DNA of 50,203 nt from Deltaproteobacteria bacterium (GTDB lineage: Bacteria > Desulfobacterota > Binatia > UBA9968): the NCBI GenBank assembly GCA_016183145.1, contig JACPFE010000206.1:1-50203 (forward strand). The letters run 5' to 3'. Below, in pieces: positions 30,592-39,179 of this stretch (its first letter is position 1; each line of letters opens with the position of its first letter). Made by a program: the position numbers and the translations under genes. The notes below the pieces were generated by a model, which saw nothing but the letters and a program-made list of their open reading frames with translations, had not been told where the DNA came from and did no database searches.

Positions 30592-30960
30592 TTATCTTCT
30601 TCTTCCCTGCGGGCGTCTAAAGAAGGACGGCTTGGATTCGTCCTTCGCGCCTCCGGACTGTTTCAGCATCTTCGCAACCCTTTTCCCCATGACATCCACG
30701 ACGTAGTTGGATAGCAAATGGTCGCGCGTGCTCTTGATCTTTTGCCGCACCGCATTCTTGCGCACGGCATCTTGCCCGGCCACTAGCAAATCGCCGGTCA
30801 AAAGAGAAACGGTTCCTTCTCGCCCGCGTGATGACAGCCGAAGAGAGAATCTCCCTTCTTGAGTCTGGTCCATTAAGCTGTACTCAAGCTTTTTATCGAT
30901 GCTGCGGATAATCCCTCTTAATAGCTCTGCGGTCTGTTTGACCATTTGACGTTCAATCAT
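30592..30960 (-). CDS. hypothetical protein (122 aa)
   Basis: The ATG at 30960 is preceded by GGGAGG. No recognisable motif. Confidence 0.5.
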   Translation of the reverse strand: MIERQMVKQTAELLRGIIRSIDKKLEYSLMDQTQEGRFSLRLSSRGREGTVSLLTGDLLVAGQDAVRKNAVRQKIKSTRDHLLSNYVVDVMGKRVAKMLKQSGGAKDESKPSFFRRPQGRRR

Positions 30961-31140
30961 GGAACCTCCCTTGGTTTCGGCCCGATAAGAGGCTTCCAAG
31001 GTTGGCGAATTCCTCGGGGCCTAAAAAAACTTGGAGAAAGAATATCTCTGTCCCGGTGTGCCCGACAGAGAGCGAACGCTAGTATCGCGGAAGTGGAGCC
31101 CTATTCCCGGTGAATCGGCGTCAAGCCGGTTCGTTGGTGG

Positions 31141-31172
31141 AAAAAAGAGGGGCAACCCGACCGATTGCCCCC
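31141..31172 (-). terminator. rho-independent terminator after RRM-protein gene
   Basis: On the minus strand: GGGGCAA-tcggtcggg-TTGCCCC followed by TCTTTTTT. Confidence 0.7.
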
Positions 31173-31199
31173 CTGGTGACTAGCTAACTAACGGAAAGA

Positions 31200-31502
31200 C
31201 TACCAGCGATTGCGGCCGCCGTCGCGTCCGCCGCCCCCGCCGTTATCGCGCCGCGCCATAGGCTTGGCTTCATTCACGGTCAGGGTGCGCCCGTCGAGCT
31301 GGGTGCCGTTTAGCGACTCGATGGCTTTTTTGGCCTCGTTGCTCGAACTCATCTCCACGAAGCCGAAGCCCCGCGACTGTCCGGTAAACTTATCCGAGAT
31401 CACGTTGGCCGATTCGACCGTCCCGTGCGCTGAAAAAATTTCCTGCAGTTTCCCTTCGGTTACTGAATAAGGGAGACCGCCAACATATAACTTATTACCC
31501 AT
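31200..31502 (-). CDS. RRM-type RNA-binding protein with Gly/Arg-rich tail
   Basis: RNP2 'KLYVGGL', RNP1 'RGFGFVEM' and C-terminal 'RRDNGGGGGRDGGRNRW'. Confidence 0.92.
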   Translation of the reverse strand: MGNKLYVGGLPYSVTEGKLQEIFSAHGTVESANVISDKFTGQSRGFGFVEMSSSNEAKKAIESLNGTQLDGRTLTVNEAKPMARRDNGGGGGRDGGRNRW

Positions 31503-31931
31503 GTTCTCCTCCTATGAGAGAATGTTTGTGTCTTTGACCCTGAGAATTGGACTGCTAATAGGGCAGAACATGGGAAACTTGATTTCGAAAACCACGCTCT
31601 GGTCGGATTGTCCTTTAGGTATCGTTCGCAAGGAGAGACGGATTAGAGGCCTTCAACGCTTGTGTCATCCTCTTTCAGAAGGCCTTTTACTGAAGTAGGA
31701 ATTTCACTCTACGTGTTAATAGGGATGCTGTCAACCACCAGCGCGCTTTATTTTTTGCGGCGATTCCGTGGAGCCCGACAGGCAAGCCCGTGGTACCTTC
31801 CGGTACGGTCGTGGGGCGAAATCCTGGGCAAGAGCCCCAGGCCCAAGGCCGGGGCTCGCGTCGAAGGGTCGATATCTCGACTCTGTAACTATGGGAAGGA
31901 ACAGGACTATCCTCGGGTTTGCCTGCCCGGC

Positions 31932-31972
31932 AATAATACTTTTCAAAATTGTTCAATATTAGACAGCAATTG
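31932..31972 (+). promoter_or_regulatory. conserved palindrome-containing element, copy F (inverted; upstream of 32081 ORF)
   Basis: Plus strand: AATAATACTTTTCAAAATTGTTCAATATTAGACAGCAATTG, which is the reverse complement of the orientation of copies A-E. 109 nt from the start at 32081. Confidence 0.55.
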
Positions 31973-32080
31973 TCGCCGAGTCGGCGCAGCATGAAGAGCG
32001 AAAGACCCCGCTCTGGATTTGTCAGTGGTGGGGGGAATTAAACCAGCGTGTTCCAAACTCAAATTTAACGGGGGTGTCTC

Positions 32081-32428
32081 ATGGATTGGGAGAAAATTAA
32101 GCTAGGCTCGTGGAGTGCCGCCGGCGGCGCGATCCTCGCCGTGTTCGTTGGATTCAACTTTGGCGGATGGGTTACCGGTGGTGGTGCTGCGGCAATGGCT
32201 AAGGAGCTCGCTGCAGATGCCGTCGCCGAGCGCTTGGGATCGATTTGTGTCGCACAGTTAAACCGGGACCCGGACAAGGACAAGAAGCTCATAGAAATGA
32301 AGGGAAAGGATTCTTGGGACAAAGGCCGCTATATAGAAAAGCAGAGTTGGGCGATCATGCCGGGTGAGGATAAACCCGATAGTAGGGTTGCCGACGCGTG
32401 CGCCAAGCAGCTTGCGGCGAAAACATAA
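32081..32428 (+). CDS. hypothetical membrane-anchored protein (115 aa)
   Basis: N-terminal Gly-rich TM ('AAGGAILAVFVGFNFGGWVTGGG') and a soluble tail. No family recognised. Confidence 0.5.
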   Translation: MDWEKIKLGSWSAAGGAILAVFVGFNFGGWVTGGGAAAMAKELAADAVAERLGSICVAQLNRDPDKDKKLIEMKGKDSWDKGRYIEKQSWAIMPGEDKPDSRVADACAKQLAAKT

Positions 32429-32789
32429 TTAGCCGCAGGCAGCAATTGCCGGTCAATTACTAGTTAACGACAACGTGGGCGTAACCGGCCGATTCACACG
32501 GACCGGTTGCAAGCCGGCTTGCGCACGTTTGCAAACGGCCGGTGATCGGCAGCGTTAGTGACAACGGGATTGGACGCGATGGGGCGGCTCGGTTCACTCT
32601 GAGCTCTGAATTCCTGATGGCCGGCCGACGGGGATTTTTCAACGATCGCTAGCAAGGTCCAGCGAGTGGGAAGAAATTTTAACGCGGTTTCCCAACGGAT
32701 TTAGTGGCATTGCGCTGGCGAGAAAATGCGACGGCTCCATCTGGATTTCTTTGATCTCCGCCGATCCTTCCTCCCGGCGAGATAGGAAA

Positions 32790-33944
32790 TCACGCTTCGG
32801 CTTTTTTCTTTCTCATTCCCCCGGCGACCATCTTGTACTCGAACAGCCGGCATTCGAGCGCGCCGTTGAAAAGCGGCGTGCGCTTGGAGGCGGCGAGGCG
32901 GATGAGCTTGGGCAAGCGCATATCGGCGCTGAGAATGTATGCGCGCCAGCCGGCGAAGTTTTTCTTTAGCGCGTCGCCGAGCTTCGGGTAGAATTCCGCG
33001 AGCTCCCGCTGCTCGCCGAGGCGCACGCCGTAGGGCGGGTTGGTGACGATGATCCCTTCCTTTGCCGGGGCGGAGATTTCCAGGACGTTTGCCTGCTTTA
33101 GGTTCACAGCTCTTTCCAAACCGGCCACCGCAAGATTGGCGCGCGCCGTCTTGAGCGCGTCGGCGGAAAGATCGCTGCCGTAAATCGCCAGCGGCGTCTT
33201 GGGCCTTTGCTGGGCCTGGCTTCGTTGCAACAGTTCGCGCCAACGACGCCCATCGAAATTCTTAAATTTCTCGAAAGCGAAATGGCGTCCCAGGCCGGGC
33301 GCGATATCGAGGGCCATCAACGCCGCTTCCAGTAAAATCGTCCCGCTGCCGCACATGGGGTCGAGCACGGGTATGCCCGGCTCCCAGCCAGCCAAGCGCA
33401 GGATGCCGGCGGCGAGATTTTCTCGTAGCGGCGCCTCGCCGGCGGCGATGCGCTTGCCGCGCTTGAACAGCGGTTCCCCGGTGGTGTCTAGGTAAAGGGT
33501 AAAGTCGCGATCCGTCAGATGGGCCTGGATCGAAATATTGGGTTGGTGGGTATCGACGCTGGGACGGCGACCGGTGAGGCGACGAATCTTATCGCAGACC
33601 GCGTCTTTGATTTTAAGCGTGACAAAATTGAGGCTCGTGAGCGGACTCTTGGTCGCGGTGACATCGACCCGGATGGTGCGCGCCGCATCAAACCAATCGG
33701 TCCACGGCAGCGCGTACGCACGGCGATAAATATCGTCCTCATCGCGATAACGATCGGTTGATACTTGCCAAAGAATCCGGCTCGCAACTCGGCTTGCCAG
33801 ATTGGCCCGGTAGCAGAGTAAGATATCGCCGCCGAAATGAACCCCGCCGCCTACCGCATGGACCTTTTCCGCGCCAAGTAACCGCAATTCCCCCGCCAGG
33901 ATTAACTCCAGGCCGCGCGGGCATGTAGCAAAGAATCGTTCCAT
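32790..33944 (-). CDS. THUMP-domain class I SAM-dependent RNA methyltransferase (RlmL/RlmK-like)
   Basis: 'FFATCPRGLELILAGEL', 'DPMCGSGTILLEAA' and 'TNPPYGVRLG'. Confidence 0.85.
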   Translation of the reverse strand: MERFFATCPRGLELILAGELRLLGAEKVHAVGGGVHFGGDILLCYRANLASRVASRILWQVSTDRYRDEDDIYRRAYALPWTDWFDAARTIRVDVTATKSPLTSLNFVTLKIKDAVCDKIRRLTGRRPSVDTHQPNISIQAHLTDRDFTLYLDTTGEPLFKRGKRIAAGEAPLRENLAAGILRLAGWEPGIPVLDPMCGSGTILLEAALMALDIAPGLGRHFAFEKFKNFDGRRWRELLQRSQAQQRPKTPLAIYGSDLSADALKTARANLAVAGLERAVNLKQANVLEISAPAKEGIIVTNPPYGVRLGEQRELAEFYPKLGDALKKNFAGWRAYILSADMRLPKLIRLAASKRTPLFNGALECRLFEYKMVAGGMRKKKAEA

Positions 33945-34141
33945 GATTCATTCCTATAACAGAGCCGGCGGGTTGGTGATAAGAGAAGGCCTGTAAAAAG
34001 ATCGGCGTGAGCGAACGCTCATGATTTCGCAGGTATTTCAGATTGGTTCTTGGTTTCTTTGGACCGGTCCCCTCCCTTGGCATCCGCCCCCCAATTCGCA
34101 TAGAATCACGGCAATTTAGTTAGCTAAAGAGGCTCGACTCC

Positions 34142-34327
34142 TTGCCGCGAATCTTCGACAATATCGACCAGCAACTTCTCCCCGCCCTTCGCGAGACGAT
34201 AGAGCTGTCTACCCGCTCCGATTTCTGCGTCGGCTATTTTAATCTCCGGGGATGGAAAGAGATCGATTCCTACAGTGAGCCCTGGCCGGGCGGGGACGGG
34301 CATTATTGCCGGCTGTTTGCCGGGTAG
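34142..34327 (+). pseudogene. N-terminal stub (~60 aa) of a PLD-nuclease/SNF2-helicase type protein
   Basis: 'RIFDNIDQQLLPALRETIELSTRSDFCVGYFNLRGWKEIDS...CRL' matches, from memory, the extreme N-terminus of ~1000-aa PLD-domain + SNF2 helicases. It stops before any HKD motif. Confidence 0.5.
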
Positions 34328-34374
34328 CATGGTGACTGTTAGGCTAGAAGAAGCTCACGCCTTTTCCAAAATAT

Positions 34375-34998
34375 ATGGTTAAAGAATATGAGATCTTGGA
34401 AATCAGGCCACCGCCTGGTCTCGAATCATTTTTTGATGGCAAACCTCCGACACTCTGGGGCTTGGGAGAACCGGCCATCTTAGAGCGCAAGCTTCTTGGG
34501 ATTATTTCTGCTCGACAGATTGATTCTGATCTGGCATTAAAAAGCTCACAGCTCTTGAAACAACTGGCGTTCTTGAAAGAGGTGTCCTTTATAAGCGGGT
34601 GGCATTCTCCCCTGGAGGAAGAAGCGCTCAATATCCTTTTAGCCCAAGAAGCCGCGATCGTTTTCTGTGTTCCTAAGAGCCTTAACCGGTTTGTTCCTTG
34701 CGCGGGAGTCAAGGATCGAGTGAGCCAGGGCGAAGCGCTATTGCTGACTCACTGCAGTCCAAGAGCGAAGCGAATCAGCAGAGATGCATCCCTTCGACGC
34801 AACGAATTGGTTGCAGTTTTGGCAGCGGCTCTGCTGGTTCTGTCCGCGCCGCAAGGGAGTGCCTCGTTGAAGCTCGCCAAATCAGCGCTGCGCTATGGAA
34901 AACCTGTATTGACGCCAGAGCACCGTATGAACAAGGAACTTCTTGGCTGCAACGCCTTACCTGCAACATTCGATAACATCCAAGCGGCCCTGCGATAA
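34375..34998 (+). CDS. DprA/Smf-like Rossmann-fold protein, paralog 1
   Basis: 207 aa with 'LLGIISARQ', 'ISGWHSPLEEEAL', 'IVFCVPKSL', 'ASLRRNELVAVLAAALLVLSAPQGSASLKLAK', laid out like the DprA core (G-rich loop / SG..GID / RNR). The stop is 5 nt before the next gene. Confidence 0.65.
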   Translation: MVKEYEILEIRPPPGLESFFDGKPPTLWGLGEPAILERKLLGIISARQIDSDLALKSSQLLKQLAFLKEVSFISGWHSPLEEEALNILLAQEAAIVFCVPKSLNRFVPCAGVKDRVSQGEALLLTHCSPRAKRISRDASLRRNELVAVLAAALLVLSAPQGSASLKLAKSALRYGKPVLTPEHRMNKELLGCNALPATFDNIQAALR

Positions 34999-35003
34999 GA
35001 ACT

Positions 35004-38000
35004 ATGGCAGCAGCAAAGACACTTGAAGACATCATCGCGGAGCAGGCGCCGATAGTTTGCGAGCAGATTGAAGCGGCCGTCGCGTTTGCCGAGTCGGAAG
35101 AAGATCTCCGGATCGAATGCGAGAAGGCTGTCGAGGTTTTTCGCAAAGAAGCGGATCTTCCGGAGCTGAAAGGTCACCATGAGGTAACGATCGGCAAAGG
35201 CAGAGCCGACTCGGTCTATGATTACGTTTTCATTGAATACAAAAAGCCCGGCCGGTTGAAGGAGTCGAACGATGCGCCGGGAAACCGCGAGGTCATCAAG
35301 CAGCTTCAAGAGCGTGCGAAGGCATTCAAGTCCGAGCTGAAACGAGATCCCAAGGAGCTTTTCGGAGTCGGCACCGACGGGAACTATTTCATCACCGGAA
35401 GGTATCGGAACGGCAGGTGGGAAATTAGCCCCGCCAAAACGCGGTCGGTTTATGTTGTAGAGGATTTTCTTCGAAAGTTATCGAGTCTCGGCGTTGCGGG
35501 CAAACCGTTCCTTGCCGACTACTTGGCCGGAGATTTCGGGGCCGAAAGTGAGCGCAAGCTTGCACGTGAGGGAATTGAGAAGCTCTACTGGCGAATCCGC
35601 GAAGTCGAAAAGAAGGCTGACGAATACCCTAAGGCCAAAGTTCTGTTCGAACAGTGGCGAATTCTCTTTGGCGAGGTCTGCGGGTACGACATCAAGACGC
35701 CGAGTAGCAAGATCAAACAGCTTGGGGAATTCTATGGTGTCAAAAAAGACCCGAATCCCGCTGCTTTGCTTTTCGCGGTTCACAGCTACTACGCGCTTTT
35801 CATGAAATTCTTGGCGGCAGAGATTGCCACGGTATCTGGATGCGTTGGTCTCGGCAAAACGATCGAGGCGGGAATGATCTGGCAAGCGTTGGCCCAGCGG
35901 GGGCAGGCAAAAAGGACCCTGATCATTTGTCCAGCCGGTCTAACGGTTCAATGGCAGGAGGAGATGCAGGATAAGTTCGGACAATTCTTTGAAATTTTCC
36001 AGCGTGATTTTCACACGATCAACCCGCGTATCTGGGACCTCAAGGCGTGCGCTATAGCGTCGTTAGATTGTCTAAAGCGCAAGGAGCACAAGGAAAAACT
36101 CTTCGAAAATCGCAAGTGGGATCTAATCATCTTTGACGAGGCCCATCGTTTGAGCGCGAGAGATTACGGAGAAACCAAAACGGAGAAGACTCAGAACTAC
36201 CGGCTCGCCGAGGATCTGAGAGACCACACGGACGCTTTACTCCTGGTAACTGCCACTCCGCACCAGGGCGACGCGACCCATTCACGCTTTCGCCATCTGC
36301 TTGGATTGCTGGATGACGAGATCGACTTCGGCGGGCTGGAGGACGGTCAGATCACGCTTTGGAACTACGCCGTCAGAGAACCGAGTGGCAACGGCTATCG
36401 GCCATACAAAGAGTACATTCTCCGCACGCCGAAGCTAAACGTGACGGATTCTCAAGGGAGAAAAATCTTCCGCGGACGCGACACCCATGCGCTGCGTTTT
36501 CCGATGTTTAAGGACGAGGCGGAGTTTTATAAGGAAGTCAGCCGCTATATCTCTGCCGGTTACCGCATGGTGGAGCATCTCAAGGATCGCAATAAGAAAC
36601 TAGCCATCGGGTTTGTCCTCACGGTTTTCCAGAAACTAGCTTCCAGCTCGACTCATGCAATCAAGGCGGCTCTTTATGGCCGGAAGATGCGCCTGCAAGA
36701 CAAATATCGGCGGCTGCCGGATTCCGTTGATCGCTTGGAGTCTCTTCTAGACGAAGCGGATGAGCGTTTCGAAGGCGAGACGGAAGAGAAGGCGGCCTGG
36801 AGACTCAAAACCGAGGAGGAATTTGTCAGAGACGAGCTTAAGGATCTCGAACGGCTGATCGCGATGCCGGTGAAACAGGATCGGAAGCTCGTTGAGTTAA
36901 AGCAACTGATTAAGCAGGTTTTCAGCGAAAGCGAAAAGGGCGAGAAAGAAAAAATCCTGATCTTTACCGAGTACAGAAAAACTCAGGACCATTTGGTGGA
37001 GGAGTTGGAGAAAGCGTCCGGAAAAGGATCGGTTGTAATCATCAACGGCGACATGAAATTGGACCAGAGGAAAACCAGCGTTCAGCGATTCCGAGATAAT
37101 GACAACGTCCGCTTTATGGTCAGCACCGAGTCGGGAGGCGAGGGGATCAACCTGCAATTCTGCCACGTTCTGGTTAATTACGACCTGCCTTGGAATCCCA
37201 TGAGAATCGAGCAACGGGTGGGTCGGATTTACCGCTTCGGTCAAACCAAGAGGGTTCAGATCTACAACTTTAGAGGCAAGGAAACCGTGGAGGATAAAAT
37301 TTACGGCTTTCTGGAGCAAAAGATTGATATCGCGGCGAAGGCTTTGGCGAAGGTCACTGGAGAAGACCCGGAAGACATCAAGACCACGATGCTCGGTCAA
37401 TTAGAGAGCGAGGTCGATTACAACTCGATCTACAAACGCGCCATCGTCGAGCAGAACATCGAGCAATCCAAAGAAGAGATCGAAGAAGGGGTCAAAAAGG
37501 CGCAGCTCGCCTATGAGATAGCCACGAACAGCTTGTTTAGAGATGTTTCGGGTTATTCCTTCGCTAATTACGAAAGGGAACTGAAAGCAGACATCGATCT
37601 TGAGGCGTTAAGGGAGCTGACGGAGCGGTTTCTGCAACACCATCACCGCCAGGTGCAAAAGAAAGACGGGCTCGTCGAGTTCCTCACGCCGGAAGACCTA
37701 CAAGGACCCGGCATTGACGAGCGATTTACCAAAGTGACCTTTGACCGCAAAGCAGCCATAGAGAACCCGGACTTAACATTTTTTGCGCTTGGCCACCCAT
37801 TTGTGGATAGCATGCTCAAAGCTTGCGGGGACGTGAGCTTTGGCGGTTATTGCACTCGACGATATGTCAAAAACCCGAAAGTAAGCCCGCGTTACGGGTA
37901 CACGTTTAATTTCATTGTGCGACAACGAATTCACAGGGACGACCACGAAGAGTTTTTGTTTGCGCTGCATCCTATATTCGTCGGGGATGATGGTACGATT

Positions 38001-38192
38001 GACGACATCGCAGCGAGGGTGTGTTTGGAATCTTATGGCGATTCGCTCAACAGAGAAATTCAGATCCATCTCGGACCCGACGGCGCCTTTGAAATCGCCA
38101 AAGGTCGCCTTCAGAAGCAAGTTAAAACTATCTGGGATTGGGAAGAGGACGTAACCTTACTGAATCTCGCTTTAGTCGCCGTTGGGTCGTGA
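35004..38192 (+). CDS. PD-(D/E)xK nuclease-like N-module fused to SNF2-family helicase core
   Basis: Residues 1-~278: 'GKGRADSVYDYVFIEYKKPG' (D...ExK) and 'LLFAVHSYYALFMKFLAAEI', which resemble the N-terminal part of type IIG/MmeI-YeeA-like R-M enzymes. From residue 282: 'GLGKTIEAG', 'IICPAGLTVQWQEEM', 'DEAHRLS', 'LLVTATPHQG', 'GGEGINLQ' and 'DLPWNPMRIEQRVGRIYRFGQ'. Confidence 0.85.
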   Translation: MAAAKTLEDIIAEQAPIVCEQIEAAVAFAESEEDLRIECEKAVEVFRKEADLPELKGHHEVTIGKGRADSVYDYVFIEYKKPGRLKESNDAPGNREVIKQLQERAKAFKSELKRDPKELFGVGTDGNYFITGRYRNGRWEISPAKTRSVYVVEDFLRKLSSLGVAGKPFLADYLAGDFGAESERKLAREGIEKLYWRIREVEKKADEYPKAKVLFEQWRILFGEVCGYDIKTPSSKIKQLGEFYGVKKDPNPAALLFAVHSYYALFMKFLAAEIATVSGCVGLGKTIEAGMIWQALAQRGQAKRTLIICPAGLTVQWQEEMQDKFGQFFEIFQRDFHTINPRIWDLKACAIASLDCLKRKEHKEKLFENRKWDLIIFDEAHRLSARDYGETKTEKTQNYRLAEDLRDHTDALLLVTATPHQGDATHSRFRHLLGLLDDEIDFGGLEDGQITLWNYAVREPSGNGYRPYKEYILRTPKLNVTDSQGRKIFRGRDTHALRFPMFKDEAEFYKEVSRYISAGYRMVEHLKDRNKKLAIGFVLTVFQKLASSSTHAIKAALYGRKMRLQDKYRRLPDSVDRLESLLDEADERFEGETEEKAAWRLKTEEEFVRDELKDLERLIAMPVKQDRKLVELKQLIKQVFSESEKGEKEKILIFTEYRKTQDHLVEELEKASGKGSVVIINGDMKLDQRKTSVQRFRDNDNVRFMVSTESGGEGINLQFCHVLVNYDLPWNPMRIEQRVGRIYRFGQTKRVQIYNFRGKETVEDKIYGFLEQKIDIAAKALAKVTGEDPEDIKTTMLGQLESEVDYNSIYKRAIVEQNIEQSKEEIEEGVKKAQLAYEIATNSLFRDVSGYSFANYERELKADIDLEALRELTERFLQHHHRQVQKKDGLVEFLTPEDLQGPGIDERFTKVTFDRKAAIENPDLTFFALGHPFVDSMLKACGDVSFGGYCTRRYVKNPKVSPRYGYTFNFIVRQRIHRDDHEEFLFALHPIFVGDDGTIDDIAARVCLESYGDSLNREIQIHLGPDGAFEIAKGRLQKQVKTIWDWEEDVTLLNLALVAVGS

Positions 38193-38377
38193 GGGGCCGG
38201 TGCCGGGCCGGTGCCTGACTTGCCTTGATTGCCTTACCTAACGATGCGCAAGAATCTACTTGTTCCAGCCTTTCAAATCGTTTCAGCCAAGCAATTTGAG
38301 GGATCCGTCCTATGGCGGACAAGCCGTTCCAAACGTTGAAGAGTTGCGGGAGTGATCCGGCGTCTGGCTCTTATTTC

Positions 38378-38614
38378 CTAACTCTTCTGCCTCAGCTCTA
38401 AATCAAAGCGAAGAACATGCTCGCCGATTCGATGGCCGATGAACCTGATCGCTGCATTTTCACTCGCTTCGTTTAAGAAATTCCGGTTATGACTGGGGTC
38501 TTGCATAGGAATCGATTCCGCTGAAAAAGTCCAATTCCAAGAATCGGGGAAAAATATTTCGCTCACAGAAGCTCTGTAACGCACGATCGGAGCTTGGTTA
38601 CTGATTTTCTTCAT
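38378..38614 (-). CDS. hypothetical protein (78 aa), only minus-strand ORF in the island
   Basis: ORF only. It could be a gene fragment. Confidence 0.25.
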   Translation of the reverse strand: MKKISNQAPIVRYRASVSEIFFPDSWNWTFSAESIPMQDPSHNRNFLNEASENAAIRFIGHRIGEHVLRFDLELRQKS

Positions 38615-38774
38615 CCCGAGTTTTCGTGAATAGGGGGTTTTTCAGCGGAATCACAATCTCATCAATCTGTGGTGAGTTCTCGGAGGAAGCGGATGGACCG
38701 GCTCAAGTCCTGCGCGCCACAAAACTTTGACCTGCGCCGCGGCGCTGGAGAGAGTTTCCGTGTCTCACCATCAC

Positions 38775-38794
38775 GTTTTGAGAATTCTCAAAAC
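38775..38794. repeat. perfect 20-bp palindrome GTTTTGAGAATTCTCAAAAC
   Basis: Read directly. It equals its own reverse complement. Confidence 0.9.
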
Positions 38795-38822
38795 AACAAT
38801 GTGTCGCCCCGATCGATGCTGA

Positions 38823-38854
38823 TTGCGTAGTTGCGCAATTGCGCAACTACGCAA
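38823..38854. repeat. perfect 32-bp palindrome TTGCGTAGTTGCGCAATTGCGCAACTACGCAA
   Basis: Read directly. Built from four TTGCG(T/C)A(G/A)-type octamers, two forward and two inverted. Confidence 0.9.
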
Positions 38855-38966
38855 CTATCCCCGGTCGGCGGAATCCTGGACGATTTTGCACGCCGCGCAA
38901 GTGTTTGATAGTGTCACCCGCAACGAGGACGCCACTAACGAAGAAAGCCGGCAGAAGGAAGGGTAA

Positions 38967-39080
38967 ATCAAAAGGGTGCTGGCGGCGCACTACGGATTCA
39001 CGGACGAGGAGTTGGACTTCATCATCAACTACGACATCAAGTACCGGATGGGACAGGACGTGGAAGCTGAAGACGAATGA
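38967..39080 (+). pseudogene. C-terminal tail remnant of a DNA methyltransferase / type IIG R-M gene
   Basis: Open for only 37 codons: 'IKRVLAAHYGFTDEELDFIINYDIKYRMGQDVEAEDE*'. As I recall, the 'YG(F/L)T(D/E)EE(L/I)' tail is characteristic of these methyltransferases. There is no upstream body. Confidence 0.5.
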
Positions 39081-39179
39081 AATGCGCGGACTCCACGATC
39101 CGTAGGTTGATTTCGGGATTAGCTCGCCATGGGGCGATGTGTTATTGATGGGTCTCCTGAGCGTTAGAGGGAGAGATTC

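Noticed and set aside
32701-33243. 180-aa minus-strand ORF overlapping the 3' half of the rlmL-like gene.
   Set aside because: It is an alternative frame of a well-supported methyltransferase ORF, with an extreme Arg/Ala/Pro composition.
38839-39105. 88-aa plus-strand ORF from the track, starting inside the 32-bp palindrome.
   Set aside because: It is an Arg/Thr/Ser-rich frame. The methyltransferase-tail homology lies in a different frame (38967-39080), so this ORF is a by-product.
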